The notes: generated by a model from the sequence alone, not told the origin. A stretch of 64,000 bases of DNA from Candidatus Woesearchaeota archaeon (GCA_043803105.1 JAZDKJ010000012.1:64001-128000); one strand, 5' to 3'; shown: positions 50,355 through 59,808, counted from the stretch's first letter. Made by a program: numbers and translations.

Positions 50355-50476
50355 GGACCCGTAGCCTAGCCTGGATAAGGCGACATGAAATGCAGCAAAG
50401 CCTGTGTTTCTCGCATGCCTTCTAAGCTGTAGATCGGGGGTTCGAACAAAATGTCTCGAAAGTCCCCCCGGGCCCA
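50355..50476 (+). tRNA. tRNA-Arg(UCU) with two non-canonical introns: 29/30 (50386-50416) and 59/60 (50447-50462)
   Basis: Acceptor GGACCCG/CGGGCCC (one mismatch); anticodon stem ACAGC/GCTGT restored on splicing; BHB pairings GCGA/TCGC and TTCG/CGAA. Confidence 0.88.
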
Positions 50477-50477
50477 T

Positions 50478-50822
50478 CTAATTCCTGCATTCGCTTAGTT
50501 TCTTTAATCCAAGAAGTATTTCATCAACAGTCTGCGTGAGCAGGGAGTAATCTGTTTCAGGAAAGCCTTGCCTTATCCTAAGCAAAGAGTTTCTTGCCTT
50601 ATCAGTTATGTTGTAATTGTCGATTATGTAGGTCAGCCCGTTATGTATTTTTCTGACCACCTCCCGATGCTTATATTGCTGGTATCTGTCAAGCCAGAAT
50701 TTGAGTATTCCAAGTTCCATTTGGTCAGCGAGAAGCTTGTCGGGATGTGTTAGGTAGTATTTTACAAAGCTCGGTTTGTCAATGATTTTTGGTTCATAAC
50801 CTTCTAGTCTTGATTCAAGCAT
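50478..50822 (-). CDS. Hypothetical protein
   Basis: 114-aa ORF between two tRNA genes. Confidence 0.55.
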   Translation of the reverse strand: MLESRLEGYEPKIIDKPSFVKYYLTHPDKLLADQMELGILKFWLDRYQQYKHREVVRKIHNGLTYIIDNYNITDKARNSLLRIRQGFPETDYSLLTQTVDEILLGLKKLSECRN

Positions 50823-50922
50823 GCTTAAAGGATTCCTCTCATTGTTAAAAACCTAATCAAAACCTTTTTAAAGCAGTTTTCGTTCTTTTTTCTAAGCGGA
50901 GGCACAAGCCTTTTAGCATTGT

Positions 50923-51116
50923 GCGGAGGTACTTTCAAATGAAGATCGCTTCATTTCGAAAGCTCCAGACCCAAGCGGCTAAGGGGATCGCCTGCAGAAG
51001 GTGTAATCGCTACGCTGAGCCTAGTGTGCTATGACCTAACTGATAGCGTTTATTCATGGGTTCAAGTCAGATTTTTTGACTGCGTCAGAAAACCTGGGAA
51101 AATCCCATCCTCCGCT
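50923..51116 (+). tRNA. tRNA-Cys(GCA) with three introns: 8/9 (50931-50968), 37/38 (about 50998-51044), 59/60 (51067-51102)
   Basis: Acceptor GCGGAGG/CCTCCGC with U73 discriminator, D-stem CCC/GGG, CTGCAG loop, T-stem ATGGG/CCCAT. Confidence 0.8.
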
Positions 51117-51142
51117 TTTTATTTTTCTTTAGAATGTTGCTA

Positions 51143-51214
51143 GGGGACTAAAGTTGCTTTGCAACTTTATGTCGCCTGAAGGTGCGAGCTGACTTTTCAG
51201 CTCAGTCGCATCCT
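51143..51214. repeat. Free-standing palindromic element downstream of tRNA-Cys
   Basis: Hairpins TAAAGTTGC/GCAACTTTA and GAGCTGA/TCAGCTC; 51178-51203 is the exact reverse complement of 10581-10606. Confidence 0.8.
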
Positions 51215-51220
51215 CTGCTT

Positions 51221-51640
51221 TTATTTACTCAAAGAACTTCTGAAATATTTTTTGTAAATCTCTAGGTCCTTGCGGTAAAAAGGTGTTATCATAGAAAAAG
51301 CTTTCTCAATGTCTGCCCAAATATATTGGTCATGCTCTTCGCTCAACCTGACCTTGCTGGTTTTTGCCCTGCAGATGAATGTTATCTTTGTTATTTTCTG
51401 TTTGTCATCTCTTGTGAAATGATGAACCCTTAGAGGGTGCAGAATCTCTATCTCTAATCCAGTCTCTTCTCTAGTTTCTCTTTTAAGTCCCAAGAATGGG
51501 TCTTCCCCTAGCTCTATCCTTCCGCCCGGAATCTCCCAGCTTCCTGGATCATGCAGGTCATCCTTAACCCTCTTTATCAGCAGAAGCTCTCCTTTCTTGT
51601 TTATCACAAATGACTTGACTGCGATTCTGGATTTATTCAT
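51221..51640 (-). CDS. NUDIX hydrolase
   Basis: PGGRIELGE...LKRETREETGL Nudix box. Confidence 0.93.
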   Translation of the reverse strand: MNKSRIAVKSFVINKKGELLLIKRVKDDLHDPGSWEIPGGRIELGEDPFLGLKRETREETGLEIEILHPLRVHHFTRDDKQKITKITFICRAKTSKVRLSEEHDQYIWADIEKAFSMITPFYRKDLEIYKKYFRSSLSK

Positions 51641-51676
51641 AAAATTTCTCACAACGGCTCAATTATAAAAAACTTG

Positions 51677-52384
51677 CTAAGAAAGAAACTTGTTTATTTC
51701 TTGAGGCCTGAGTATCGGCCAGTCATGGTTTCCATGCACGATTATTGTTCTTGAATTCTTTATTTTGAATCCTTGCTGATATTTCTTGTCAAAGACCTCT
51801 TCATGGTCAGCCCATATTATTGTTGTCTTGCACCTTATACCTCTTGGAATATTGTTTCTATACAGATTATCATTGAATAGTCTCCAATAGTTTGGATGGA
51901 AAATGTTTCTTGTACAATTCCAGATTCCGTTTATGCCTAATGCAATTGCCCTGATTGGATTATGTATTATGTCATATGCTGCCTTTCTTATTACAAAACT
52001 ATAGAAGAATTCAAACATTGAGCCATTGTATTTTTGTCCTGCAGGCTCTAATAGTATGAGCTCTTTTGCTTTCTTACTTAATTCAAGCGCAATTAATGCC
52101 CCTCCCGAATGCGCGCAGATTATTGGATTAATGATACCTAGCTTCCCCGCAAGCGTGTCAATTGTAGCAGCTAAATCTTTACCAGAAAAGTACCTCGGCG
52201 GCGTTCCTGAAAATCCATGCATTGGCAGGTCAACTGCATATACTTTGTACCTTGTGCTAAGTATCCTGATTATACGATGGTAAGCCCTGCAGTCAGAAAG
52301 CATGCCGTGGACAAATATGAGTGGTTTGCCTTTTCCTGTTTTGTTATAATAAACTCGAATGCCCTGTATTATTTCCTCTGCCAT
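51677..52384 (-). CDS. Alpha/beta hydrolase
   Basis: FVHG, DLPMHGFS, AHSGG nucleophile elbow; start at MAEEII. Confidence 0.88.
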   Translation of the reverse strand: MAEEIIQGIRVYYNKTGKGKPLIFVHGMLSDCRAYHRIIRILSTRYKVYAVDLPMHGFSGTPPRYFSGKDLAATIDTLAGKLGIINPIICAHSGGALIALELSKKAKELILLEPAGQKYNGSMFEFFYSFVIRKAAYDIIHNPIRAIALGINGIWNCTRNIFHPNYWRLFNDNLYRNNIPRGIRCKTTIIWADHEEVFDKKYQQGFKIKNSRTIIVHGNHDWPILRPQEINKFLS

Positions 52385-52445
52385 GTTCTTTCTTTCATCT
52401 GTGATTATATAAATCCTGCCAAAAAGAATAACCTTTTTATATGTC

Positions 52446-52730
52446 ATGCCTAGTCGGCCCGATATGTTGTGCAGCAACTGCCAAAAAGAGTATTCTTGGA
52501 TGGAAATCATTGGCTCTGATTTTGTCTGCCAGAAGTGCGTTCAGAAGCATCCTATTATGCGCCTCATCTACAACAGGCACCTTGACACTTTTCGTTCTGT
52601 TATTAAGAGGCTTGCCATTAAGAACTACGCTGAATTCATGGCAATAAAGAGGGAGCAGCTGGAAAAATCAGTGAATTTTGACAAGATTGGAATAAAGCTG
52701 AAGACTACCAATATCATTAGCATTGATTGA
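52446..52730 (+). CDS. Small Zn-finger hypothetical protein
   Basis: CSNC...CQKC. Confidence 0.55.
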   Translation: MPSRPDMLCSNCQKEYSWMEIIGSDFVCQKCVQKHPIMRLIYNRHLDTFRSVIKRLAIKNYAEFMAIKREQLEKSVNFDKIGIKLKTTNIISID

Positions 52731-52768
52731 AACAATCTTTTATATACCTCCAGTTCTTCTTTTTCAAT

Positions 52769-53551
52769 ATGGTCAAGAGAATCCTTGTTAAGCGTGCCAA
52801 AAAGGAGTTTGTTAAAGAGCTGGATCGTGAGTTCACAGTCTCCAAGCAAAAGATATACAGTGTTGATGACATATCAAGAGATTTCCATACAGAGTATGGC
52901 TCAATCTCAAAAAAGGACCTTCAGAAAAAGGATGGCTCAAAACTAAAGTCAAGCACTAAGAAGGAATTTATCATTTTCAGCCCTTCATTTATCGACAAGT
53001 ACTTTCGCATCAACCGTTCAGCGCAGATTATCCCTTTAAAGGATATTGGCTTCATTGTTACAGAAACCGGAATTGGTAAGGAAAGTCTTGTTGTTGATGC
53101 TGGTGCAGGCAGCGGTGCCTTGGCTTGTTTTTTGGCTCATTTGGTTAAGCAGGTTGTCACTTATGAGATTCGTGATGACTTTTACGATATTGTCAGGCAG
53201 AACAAGCAAATGCTCGAGCTTGATAATTTAATTGTCAAACATCAGGATGTATACAAAAAAATCGATGAAAAGAATGTTGACCTCTGCACTCTTGACCTGC
53301 CCGAACCTTGGAAGGCTATTCCCTCGGTTCGTAAGGCCCTCAAGGTTGGCGGCTTTCTTGTTGTTTATAATCCTTCTGTCAGCCAGATTGCCGACTTCGT
53401 CAATTCCATAAACAAAGATGAAAGGTTTTTATACCTGAAGACTATCGAGGTTTTTGAGCGTCACTGGGAAGTTGACGGCAGGAAGGTCCGCCCCAAGTCA
53501 CAGCCCATAGGCCATAGTGGCTTTTTGGTGTTCGTTAGAAAAGTGAGGTGA
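52769..53551 (+). CDS. trmI: tRNA (adenine57/58-N1) methyltransferase
   Basis: AQIIPLKD, DAGAGSGAL, LDLPEPW, HSGFL. Confidence 0.93.
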   Translation: MVKRILVKRAKKEFVKELDREFTVSKQKIYSVDDISRDFHTEYGSISKKDLQKKDGSKLKSSTKKEFIIFSPSFIDKYFRINRSAQIIPLKDIGFIVTETGIGKESLVVDAGAGSGALACFLAHLVKQVVTYEIRDDFYDIVRQNKQMLELDNLIVKHQDVYKKIDEKNVDLCTLDLPEPWKAIPSVRKALKVGGFLVVYNPSVSQIADFVNSINKDERFLYLKTIEVFERHWEVDGRKVRPKSQPIGHSGFLVFVRKVR

Positions 53552-53555
53552 AAAA

Positions 53556-53783
53556 ATGCTTGCATACGTGTTGATTTCATTGAAGAAGCAGGCAGAGGCT
53601 GAGGTATTTGACAGGCTTAAGGATATGAAGGAGATTAAGGTTGTCCATATGCTCTACGGAGAGTGGGATTTCATTGTGAAGATTGACGCGCCTAACATTG
53701 AATCCATAACAACCTTTACTATAGAGAAGCTCCGATCCATGCCTGAAGTCGAAATGACCTCTACTTTGATTGTTGCTAAATGA
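53556..53783 (+). CDS. Stand-alone Lrp/AsnC ligand-binding (RAM) domain protein
   Basis: LAYVLI, LYGEWDFIVKI, TSTLI. Confidence 0.88.
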   Translation: MLAYVLISLKKQAEAEVFDRLKDMKEIKVVHMLYGEWDFIVKIDAPNIESITTFTIEKLRSMPEVEMTSTLIVAK

Positions 53784-54340
53784 AGAAGGAGACACGAGTT
53801 ATTGGCATAGACGATGCTCCCTTCAATAAAAAGAGCAAAAAAGATGTTCTTGTTATAGGTGCAATTTTTCGTGGAGGCAGCTGGTTTGATGGTCTTCTTT
53901 CCACAAAGGTGAAGGTTGACGGCACCGATTCCACAAGAAAGCTCATTTCTATGATAAACAGCTCCAAGTTTAGGCCTCAGCTTCAGTGCATTTTTCTCGA
54001 TGGTATTGCTGTCGCAGGATTTAATGTTATTGACACCCAGAAGCTCCACAAGGCTACAAAGCTCCCTGTTATTGTTGTTATAAGGCGTTTTCCTGATTAT
54101 ACAAGTATAAGACGTGCCCTTGCCATCATCAGGAAGCCTTCAAGGTTCAAACTCATGGAACAGGCCGGTCCAGTCCAGAAGATTGGCAAGGTTTACTGTC
54201 AGTTGATTGGCATTGATTTGAAAAAAGCAAGAGAACTTCTGAAACTCACTTGTACAAGAAGCCACATTCCCGAGCCCGTCCGTGTTGCTCACATGATTGC
54301 CTCAGGAATCACAGAGGGTCAAAGCAGGGGCAGGGCCTAA
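53780..54340 (+). CDS. DUF99 family protein (endonuclease V-like)
   Basis: RVIGIDDAPF, VDGTDST, LDGIAVAGFNVID, PEPVRVAH. Confidence 0.92.
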   Translation: MKKETRVIGIDDAPFNKKSKKDVLVIGAIFRGGSWFDGLLSTKVKVDGTDSTRKLISMINSSKFRPQLQCIFLDGIAVAGFNVIDTQKLHKATKLPVIVVIRRFPDYTSIRRALAIIRKPSRFKLMEQAGPVQKIGKVYCQLIGIDLKKARELLKLTCTRSHIPEPVRVAHMIASGITEGQSRGRA

Positions 54341-54362
54341 CGGGTATTGAATGTGATTTAAC

Positions 54363-54752
54363 TCACTTCTCTTTTGTGTACTTTAACACAAGTCCATCTG
54401 CATTAAATGTCTTGTTCGGACATTGCACGTTCGTTGTTAAATTTGGGTACAGATGGTCCCATATGCTTTTTGCGCTTATCTCCTTTGCTGCGATGTATTC
54501 AAGGTGTACCTTGTCTCCGTCGTGCAGTTCATTTGTGCCTGCCAATACAAATTTGGGCCGTCCAGGTATTGAGTCTATGGCAATCAGTGCTACATCCACC
54601 TGCCTGCTCTGGCCAGAACTGTCATTGCAGCTAAATTTTTGAAATTCTTGTATGTACACTGTTCCGGTTACGGTCTTTGTGTAGTCCTTTTGCTCGCAGC
54701 CAATAACGGCAAAATAGGCACCCACTATGATTGTCATTAGAGTCTTTTTCAT
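54363..54752 (-). CDS. Putative lipoprotein
   Basis: Signal peptide with lipobox-like VIGC. Confidence 0.6.
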   Translation of the reverse strand: MKKTLMTIIVGAYFAVIGCEQKDYTKTVTGTVYIQEFQKFSCNDSSGQSRQVDVALIAIDSIPGRPKFVLAGTNELHDGDKVHLEYIAAKEISAKSIWDHLYPNLTTNVQCPNKTFNADGLVLKYTKEK

Positions 54753-54831
54753 TTACCAGGTAAGAAATCAACCCACCCTAAAATAGTTTGCCCCGCAACC
54801 TTTTTATAAGGTGATTTGACTGCCTCCGGGA

Positions 54832-55458
54832 ATGCAAGACTGTGTTTTTTGTGGCCCAAGGCCAGACCTTGAAATGTATCTCGCTAAAGGTAATTTATTT
54901 TACACCATTCCCAAAGGCCAGATATGTGCAGGCCATACTTTGATGGTGACAACAGAACATCTGAAGTGTTATGCCAGCCTTGATGTTTCAGCAGAAAATG
55001 AATACTATGAACGCAAGCAAAACCTTAGCGATATTCTCACAAGGCATTTTGGGAATCTTTTTATGATAGAGTATGGGGTTTGGGGCCAGACTGTGAAGCA
55101 TGCGCACAAACATTTTATTCCCCTTGAAGGCCCTAAACACAAGGTTGAGAGCGTTTTTGAGGAAATGGTTTCACCGGGAAACATCCTGGCAGAAGTGGCT
55201 GACCGTGCCAGGTTGCGTCATGTCTTTGGGCAGGAAAAAGGTTATGTCTGGCTTGAAGAGCATGGTGTATCCCGTATTATTCACACTCTGGGTATTCCTG
55301 ATGACCGCACCTGCAAGCACTTGCTTTACCGCCATTTTTTCGCAGTTGTTAAGGGGGTCGGAGTCCTTACCTGGGGCAAGATGACTGAAGAACAGAAACG
55401 GGAGGACGAAAACAATCGTGAAGAAACCAGGAAAGTTTTAATGTCTGTAAAACTCTAA
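54832..55458 (+). CDS. HIT-like protein
   Basis: DCVFC, GHTL, QTVKHAHKH triad. Confidence 0.8.
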   Translation: MQDCVFCGPRPDLEMYLAKGNLFYTIPKGQICAGHTLMVTTEHLKCYASLDVSAENEYYERKQNLSDILTRHFGNLFMIEYGVWGQTVKHAHKHFIPLEGPKHKVESVFEEMVSPGNILAEVADRARLRHVFGQEKGYVWLEEHGVSRIIHTLGIPDDRTCKHLLYRHFFAVVKGVGVLTWGKMTEEQKREDENNREETRKVLMSVKL

Positions 55459-55481
55459 TTCTCGTTTGTGCTTGGCTAAAC

Positions 55482-57239
55482 TCAACTATAATACAATTTA
55501 CCTTCTCTCTTTTGTTCCTGGTCTTTCTGCGAGCCTAGCTTGTTTACCCTCGGCCTGCGGCTTTCCATGTCTCGCCTCATGCTTATTCCCAAGCTGGTAA
55601 GAAATTGGTTCATTCCCTCTTCCATCCTGAAAGGTCCTTCTACCCTTCCTTGTATTGCCGGAATTCCGTCAAATACCAGCAGATTCTCTGACAGGTAATC
55701 AATGAACAACAGGTCATGGTCAACAACCAAGGCTGATTTGCCTTTTTGCTCAACCATTGCTTGTATTACCCTTGCCACAATAAGCCTTTGCTCCACGTCC
55801 AGGTATGCTGATGGCTCATCCAGAAGATACAGGTCCGCTTCCTGTGATAGGCATAGTGCTATTGATACCCTCTGCAGTTCTCCGCCTGATAGGTCCTTTA
55901 CTCTTGAGAGCATCAGGTACTTTAGCTCTAGCGGCCTTATCAACTGTATTTCATATTTTTCTGCAGCCTCACCCAAAACTGTTGCTACCAATTCTTTGCT
56001 ATCATTGCTGAGATACTGAGGTTTGTACGCAACCTTAACGCCCTCTTCTATTTTGCCGCTTTCAGGCTCACTCAATTTTGCCAGCATTTTGACAAACGAT
56101 GTTTTTCCTATCCCGTTTGCTCCGAGCACCCCTGTTACCTCATGCTTGTGCAGTTCTCCCTTCTCTGCCTCAAGTAGGAAGCTTCCCAGTTTCTGTCTTA
56201 CGCCTTCCCATCTTGTGAGCACCTCTTTTTTTGTGGATTTTGTTGGTGGCTTTTCGTCAAATTTTATTGCCCCGTCCCTGAACCTTACATTTTCATCTCT
56301 AAGGTAACCTTCCAGGTATGTGTTTATTCCCGCCTTAGTAGTCTTTGGCATTGAGACTATTCCATATGCCCCTGGTTTTCCGTACATCAAGTGCACAAGG
56401 TCAGTCATGTAATCAAGTATTATAAGGTCGTGCTCAACAACCATTACAGCTGTGTTCTCGTCAGCAAGCTTTCTTATGAATGATGAAACCTTTATCCTTT
56501 GCTTTATATCAAGGTATGATGTTGGCTCATCAAAGAAATACACATTGGCTTTCTTTAATACAGCTGCAGCGATTGCCAGCCTTTGCAATTCTCCCCCGGA
56601 AATGTCCTTTACATTATGGTCAAGTACTTTGTCTATCTCAAGCTCTTTTGCAACCTCAAGCATTTTTTGCTTCTCATCTGCCTTTGCAAGAAGTTCTCTC
56701 ACTGTTCCAGTTTGTGTTTTTGCTATTAAGTCAACCTGCTGCAGTTTGTAGCTTATCCTTACCTCTTTGTCTCTTACCTTTTCAAAGAAGTTGTGTGCCT
56801 CGCTGCCCTTAAAATATTCTATTAGCTCTTTGTGCTCTGCCTCTTTGTTTATCTTCCCCAGGTTTGGCTTGATTAATCCGGAAAGTATCTTCAGGCATGT
56901 TGATTTTCCTATCCCGTTTCTTCCGACTATTCCTACCACTTTGCCGAAGATGGGTATTGGCAGGTTGAATAGGTGAAATCCATTCTCTCCATATTTGTAT
57001 ATTGGCGGCTTGTCAAGCTCTTGAGGCAGGTTGATTATCGATATTGCATCGTACGGGCATCTGTTTGCGCATATCCCGCATCCTGTGCATAGCGCTTCGT
57101 CTATCCTTGCCTTTTCTTCCACCTTTGTTATGCATTCCTTTCCTGTCCTGTTTACTGGGCAGAGCTTTATGCAAAGGTCCCCGCACCCCAATGGGTTGCA
57201 TCTGCTCTTCTGGATTACGGCTATGCGTGTCATGCTCAT
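55482..57239 (-). CDS. rli1: Ribosome recycling ATPase ABCE1/Rli1
   Basis: N-terminal Fe-S Cys motifs, two ABC domains (NGIGKS, SGGELQR, DEP). Confidence 0.97.
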   Translation of the reverse strand: MSMTRIAVIQKSRCNPLGCGDLCIKLCPVNRTGKECITKVEEKARIDEALCTGCGICANRCPYDAISIINLPQELDKPPIYKYGENGFHLFNLPIPIFGKVVGIVGRNGIGKSTCLKILSGLIKPNLGKINKEAEHKELIEYFKGSEAHNFFEKVRDKEVRISYKLQQVDLIAKTQTGTVRELLAKADEKQKMLEVAKELEIDKVLDHNVKDISGGELQRLAIAAAVLKKANVYFFDEPTSYLDIKQRIKVSSFIRKLADENTAVMVVEHDLIILDYMTDLVHLMYGKPGAYGIVSMPKTTKAGINTYLEGYLRDENVRFRDGAIKFDEKPPTKSTKKEVLTRWEGVRQKLGSFLLEAEKGELHKHEVTGVLGANGIGKTSFVKMLAKLSEPESGKIEEGVKVAYKPQYLSNDSKELVATVLGEAAEKYEIQLIRPLELKYLMLSRVKDLSGGELQRVSIALCLSQEADLYLLDEPSAYLDVEQRLIVARVIQAMVEQKGKSALVVDHDLLFIDYLSENLLVFDGIPAIQGRVEGPFRMEEGMNQFLTSLGISMRRDMESRRPRVNKLGSQKDQEQKREGKLYYS

Positions 57240-57270
57240 TAGAAGGATAAGAGTCTATAAAAAGCTTGTT

Positions 57271-58266
57271 TTAATGCATTGCAAGAAGGTGCATTGCATG
57301 TGCCCAACCCAAAGGGCAGTTGTCATTGTAAAGGTTTGAGTTGCCATAGTAGAGTTCTGGAAGCTCTCCCTTTGCGTTCATGGCCTCTGTGGTTTTTCTC
57401 ATGTAGAAAGCGTATTTGTTTGGCATGTTTAGCTTTTTGTATATTGATGCCAGCCAAGGGAACCCGAAAGTCCATTCTGCTTCACCCTTTGCATTGTAGT
57501 AAAGGTCTCCATGGTATCTTATTACCCCCTTGTTTCTCACAAGCTGTTCTTCCACATTTTTGAGTATCTGCTCTGCCTGTTCTTTGGTTACGACGTTATA
57601 AGGGAAGATAAGCGATAGTTGCGCAAGGTCAACTGATTTTGTTGGTGATTCTCTTGGCAGCAATTGATTCATTGCCTCTCTTCCTTTGTCTATAAGCTCT
57701 TGAGGCACTGCAACAATGAACTTGATTTTTTCTAGTCCTGCAACGCACGCTCCTATGCTTGATGCATGCAGTTCAGGTCCCTCTTCCCACATTCCGTGGT
57801 CTGGGTCATGCCAGTATTCTATGCTTTGCAGGTAATCAACAAGTTTCTTCAAAACTAGTTTGTCGTGCTCGTCTCGAATTACAGCAATTCCTCTTTGCTC
57901 CAGTTCTCCTACCTTGAACAGGAATGCTCCTATTGCGTCGTTTTGCTTGTTTCCCCATTCATCATAGAATTCATCAAATGTAATCGGGTGGTATCTTGCG
58001 TGTATATACTGGTAAGCGAACCTTGGTTTGTCTTTTATTGCCCAGTCTATCTTGTATTCATGCCTTCTAAATATATCGAGCAGAGCCTGGAATGTCTTCA
58101 CAGCTTTCTTTATAGAAAATGTCTCCATTCCCATCGCTGTGTAGACATTGTCCCTTATCCATGCTACATTGTAGCCTGTTGTGCAGTCCTTTCGTGACGC
58201 TGAAAAGAGCCCTGTCGGGTACTGCAGTGACTCAATGACCTTGACTGAATTCTCTCGATAAGATAG
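57271..58266 (-). CDS. Glycoside hydrolase family 15 (glucoamylase-like)
   Basis: Frame stays open upstream of the track's Met through GLFSAS...WIRD; GMWEE, PLGWAHA; start codon unresolved. Confidence 0.85.
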   Translation of the reverse strand, partial: LSYRENSVKVIESLQYPTGLFSASRKDCTTGYNVAWIRDNVYTAMGMETFSIKKAVKTFQALLDIFRRHEYKIDWAIKDKPRFAYQYIHARYHPITFDEFYDEWGNKQNDAIGAFLFKVGELEQRGIAVIRDEHDKLVLKKLVDYLQSIEYWHDPDHGMWEEGPELHASSIGACVAGLEKIKFIVAVPQELIDKGREAMNQLLPRESPTKSVDLAQLSLIFPYNVVTKEQAEQILKNVEEQLVRNKGVIRYHGDLYYNAKGEAEWTFGFPWLASIYKKLNMPNKYAFYMRKTTEAMNAKGELPELYYGNSNLYNDNCPLGWAHAMHLLAMH

Positions 58267-58423
58267 GATTATTCCACCCCCAAATTTATCGATTTATGTT
58301 GCTATTTAACAGTAATAACTAATATATAAACCTTCCGCTTTTGTTATGCCTAATAAGTGGTGATAAATCAAGCAACAACCTCTTTGACAAGTTTTTTATT
58401 CTCGCTCATATGATAAACCATTT

Positions 58424-58672
58424 ATGAACTACTTATCCGTCCTGGCGCTTTGCGCACTTGCGCTTGGTGGTGTTTTTCTTCTCGGCAAGGGCTTGACCGG
58501 CATGACTGTCTCAGAAACCTGCTGCTTTCCCCCTAATTGTGCAGAGCAAAACCTCTGTGACTCTGCCAAACTTAACTTAGAAAATCCTTCTACTGTCGAT
58601 TCTTCAGGAGTATACCTGGGCCTTATTCTAATCTTGCTGTCAATTCTATTTTATAGGTTGTTCAAGAATTGA
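58424..58672 (+). CDS. Small two-TM protein with Cys-rich loop
   Basis: LTGM motif, CCFPPNC...C. Confidence 0.65.
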   Translation: MNYLSVLALCALALGGVFLLGKGLTGMTVSETCCFPPNCAEQNLCDSAKLNLENPSTVDSSGVYLGLILILLSILFYRLFKN

Positions 58673-59579
58673 AGACTAAGGCAGCTGCTCCAAGCATTCC
58701 TGCTGAGTCAGAAATCTCATGCCTGACAATCTTCAGGTTCCGAGTGAGCATTGGTAACGCATATTTCTTTGTTTCCCTTTCAAGCCTCTTATAAACAGGA
58801 TCAGGAAGCTTGCTCACTCCTCCGCCGAGGACTATGATCTCCGGGTTTAATACCATAACAAGCGTTGATAATCCAATTCCAAGGTAGTGTATTGCATCAT
58901 TAATCGCCTGTTTTGCAGCCTTTTCCTTTGATGCATATATTTCCTTTACGCCTGCATTCCTAATTTTTCCGCCCAGCTGAAAGTACCTTCTGGTTATGTT
59001 CTTGCCTGATGCTAGCATTTCAAGGCATCCACGCTGCCCGCATCCACAGACAACCCCCTTCGTTATTGTTGGGTCTATAACCATATGTCCAAACTCCCCT
59101 GCTCCTCCTATTGCGCCAGAGTATACTCTTCTGTTGATTATTATTCCTCCGCCTATTCCAGTCCCCCATATGACTCCTATTGATATTTTCTTTTTCCTTG
59201 CTGCTCCAAATGTTGCCTCAGCCAATGCAAAGCATTTTGCGTCATTCATAGCATCAGCCTTTAGCCCTGCTGCTTTCTCCAATTCTTTGCTGAGGTGCAA
59301 TCCATTCAGGCAAGTTAGTGTTCCGCCTCCCCAGATAATTAAGCCAGTATCATCGATTAGCCCTGGCAAAGAGACACCAACTCCATCAACCTGTGTTCCT
59401 TGAAGTTTTGCCTCGTCCTTAAGGTCTCTTATGACTGAGACAAGATTAGAAATTACCTGTTTTTTCCCTTTTTGTGGTTCTGTTGCAGTCCTTCTTGAGG
59501 TGATGAACTTGCCGTTCGCGTCTATGATGGCACCCTCAATCTTGGTGCCTCCCATATCTATTCCGATTGCATACTTCAT
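58662..59579 (-). CDS. ROK family sugar kinase (glucokinase-like)
   Basis: GIDMGGTK, GTGIGGG, GEFGH, CGCGQRGCLE. Confidence 0.95.
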   Translation of the reverse strand: MKYAIGIDMGGTKIEGAIIDANGKFITSRRTATEPQKGKKQVISNLVSVIRDLKDEAKLQGTQVDGVGVSLPGLIDDTGLIIWGGGTLTCLNGLHLSKELEKAAGLKADAMNDAKCFALAEATFGAARKKKISIGVIWGTGIGGGIIINRRVYSGAIGGAGEFGHMVIDPTITKGVVCGCGQRGCLEMLASGKNITRRYFQLGGKIRNAGVKEIYASKEKAAKQAINDAIHYLGIGLSTLVMVLNPEIIVLGGGVSKLPDPVYKRLERETKKYALPMLTRNLKIVRHEISDSAGMLGAAALVFNS

Positions 59580-59652
59580 ACCTGCTCCTCAACAAAAGCT
59601 GTTTATTAATCTTTTGAAAATGTTTAAATATCAAGACAGAACATTGCTTGTT

Positions 59653-59808
59653 ATGAAATGCGAAATCTGCAAGAAAACCATCGAGGAAACCTTTCTGAAG
59701 AAGGTCGTAGGTAGTTATCTCAAGGATAAGAAAGGAAAGAAGCACCTGATCTGCCCTGACTGCCAGAAGAAATATCCGAAGAAGGAAGACATTCTTACGC
59801 GGCTCTAG
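59653..59808 (+). CDS. Small Zn-binding protein (51 aa)
   Basis: MKCEIC...ICPDCQ. Confidence 0.75.
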   Translation: MKCEICKKTIEETFLKKVVGSYLKDKKGKKHLICPDCQKKYPKKEDILTRL

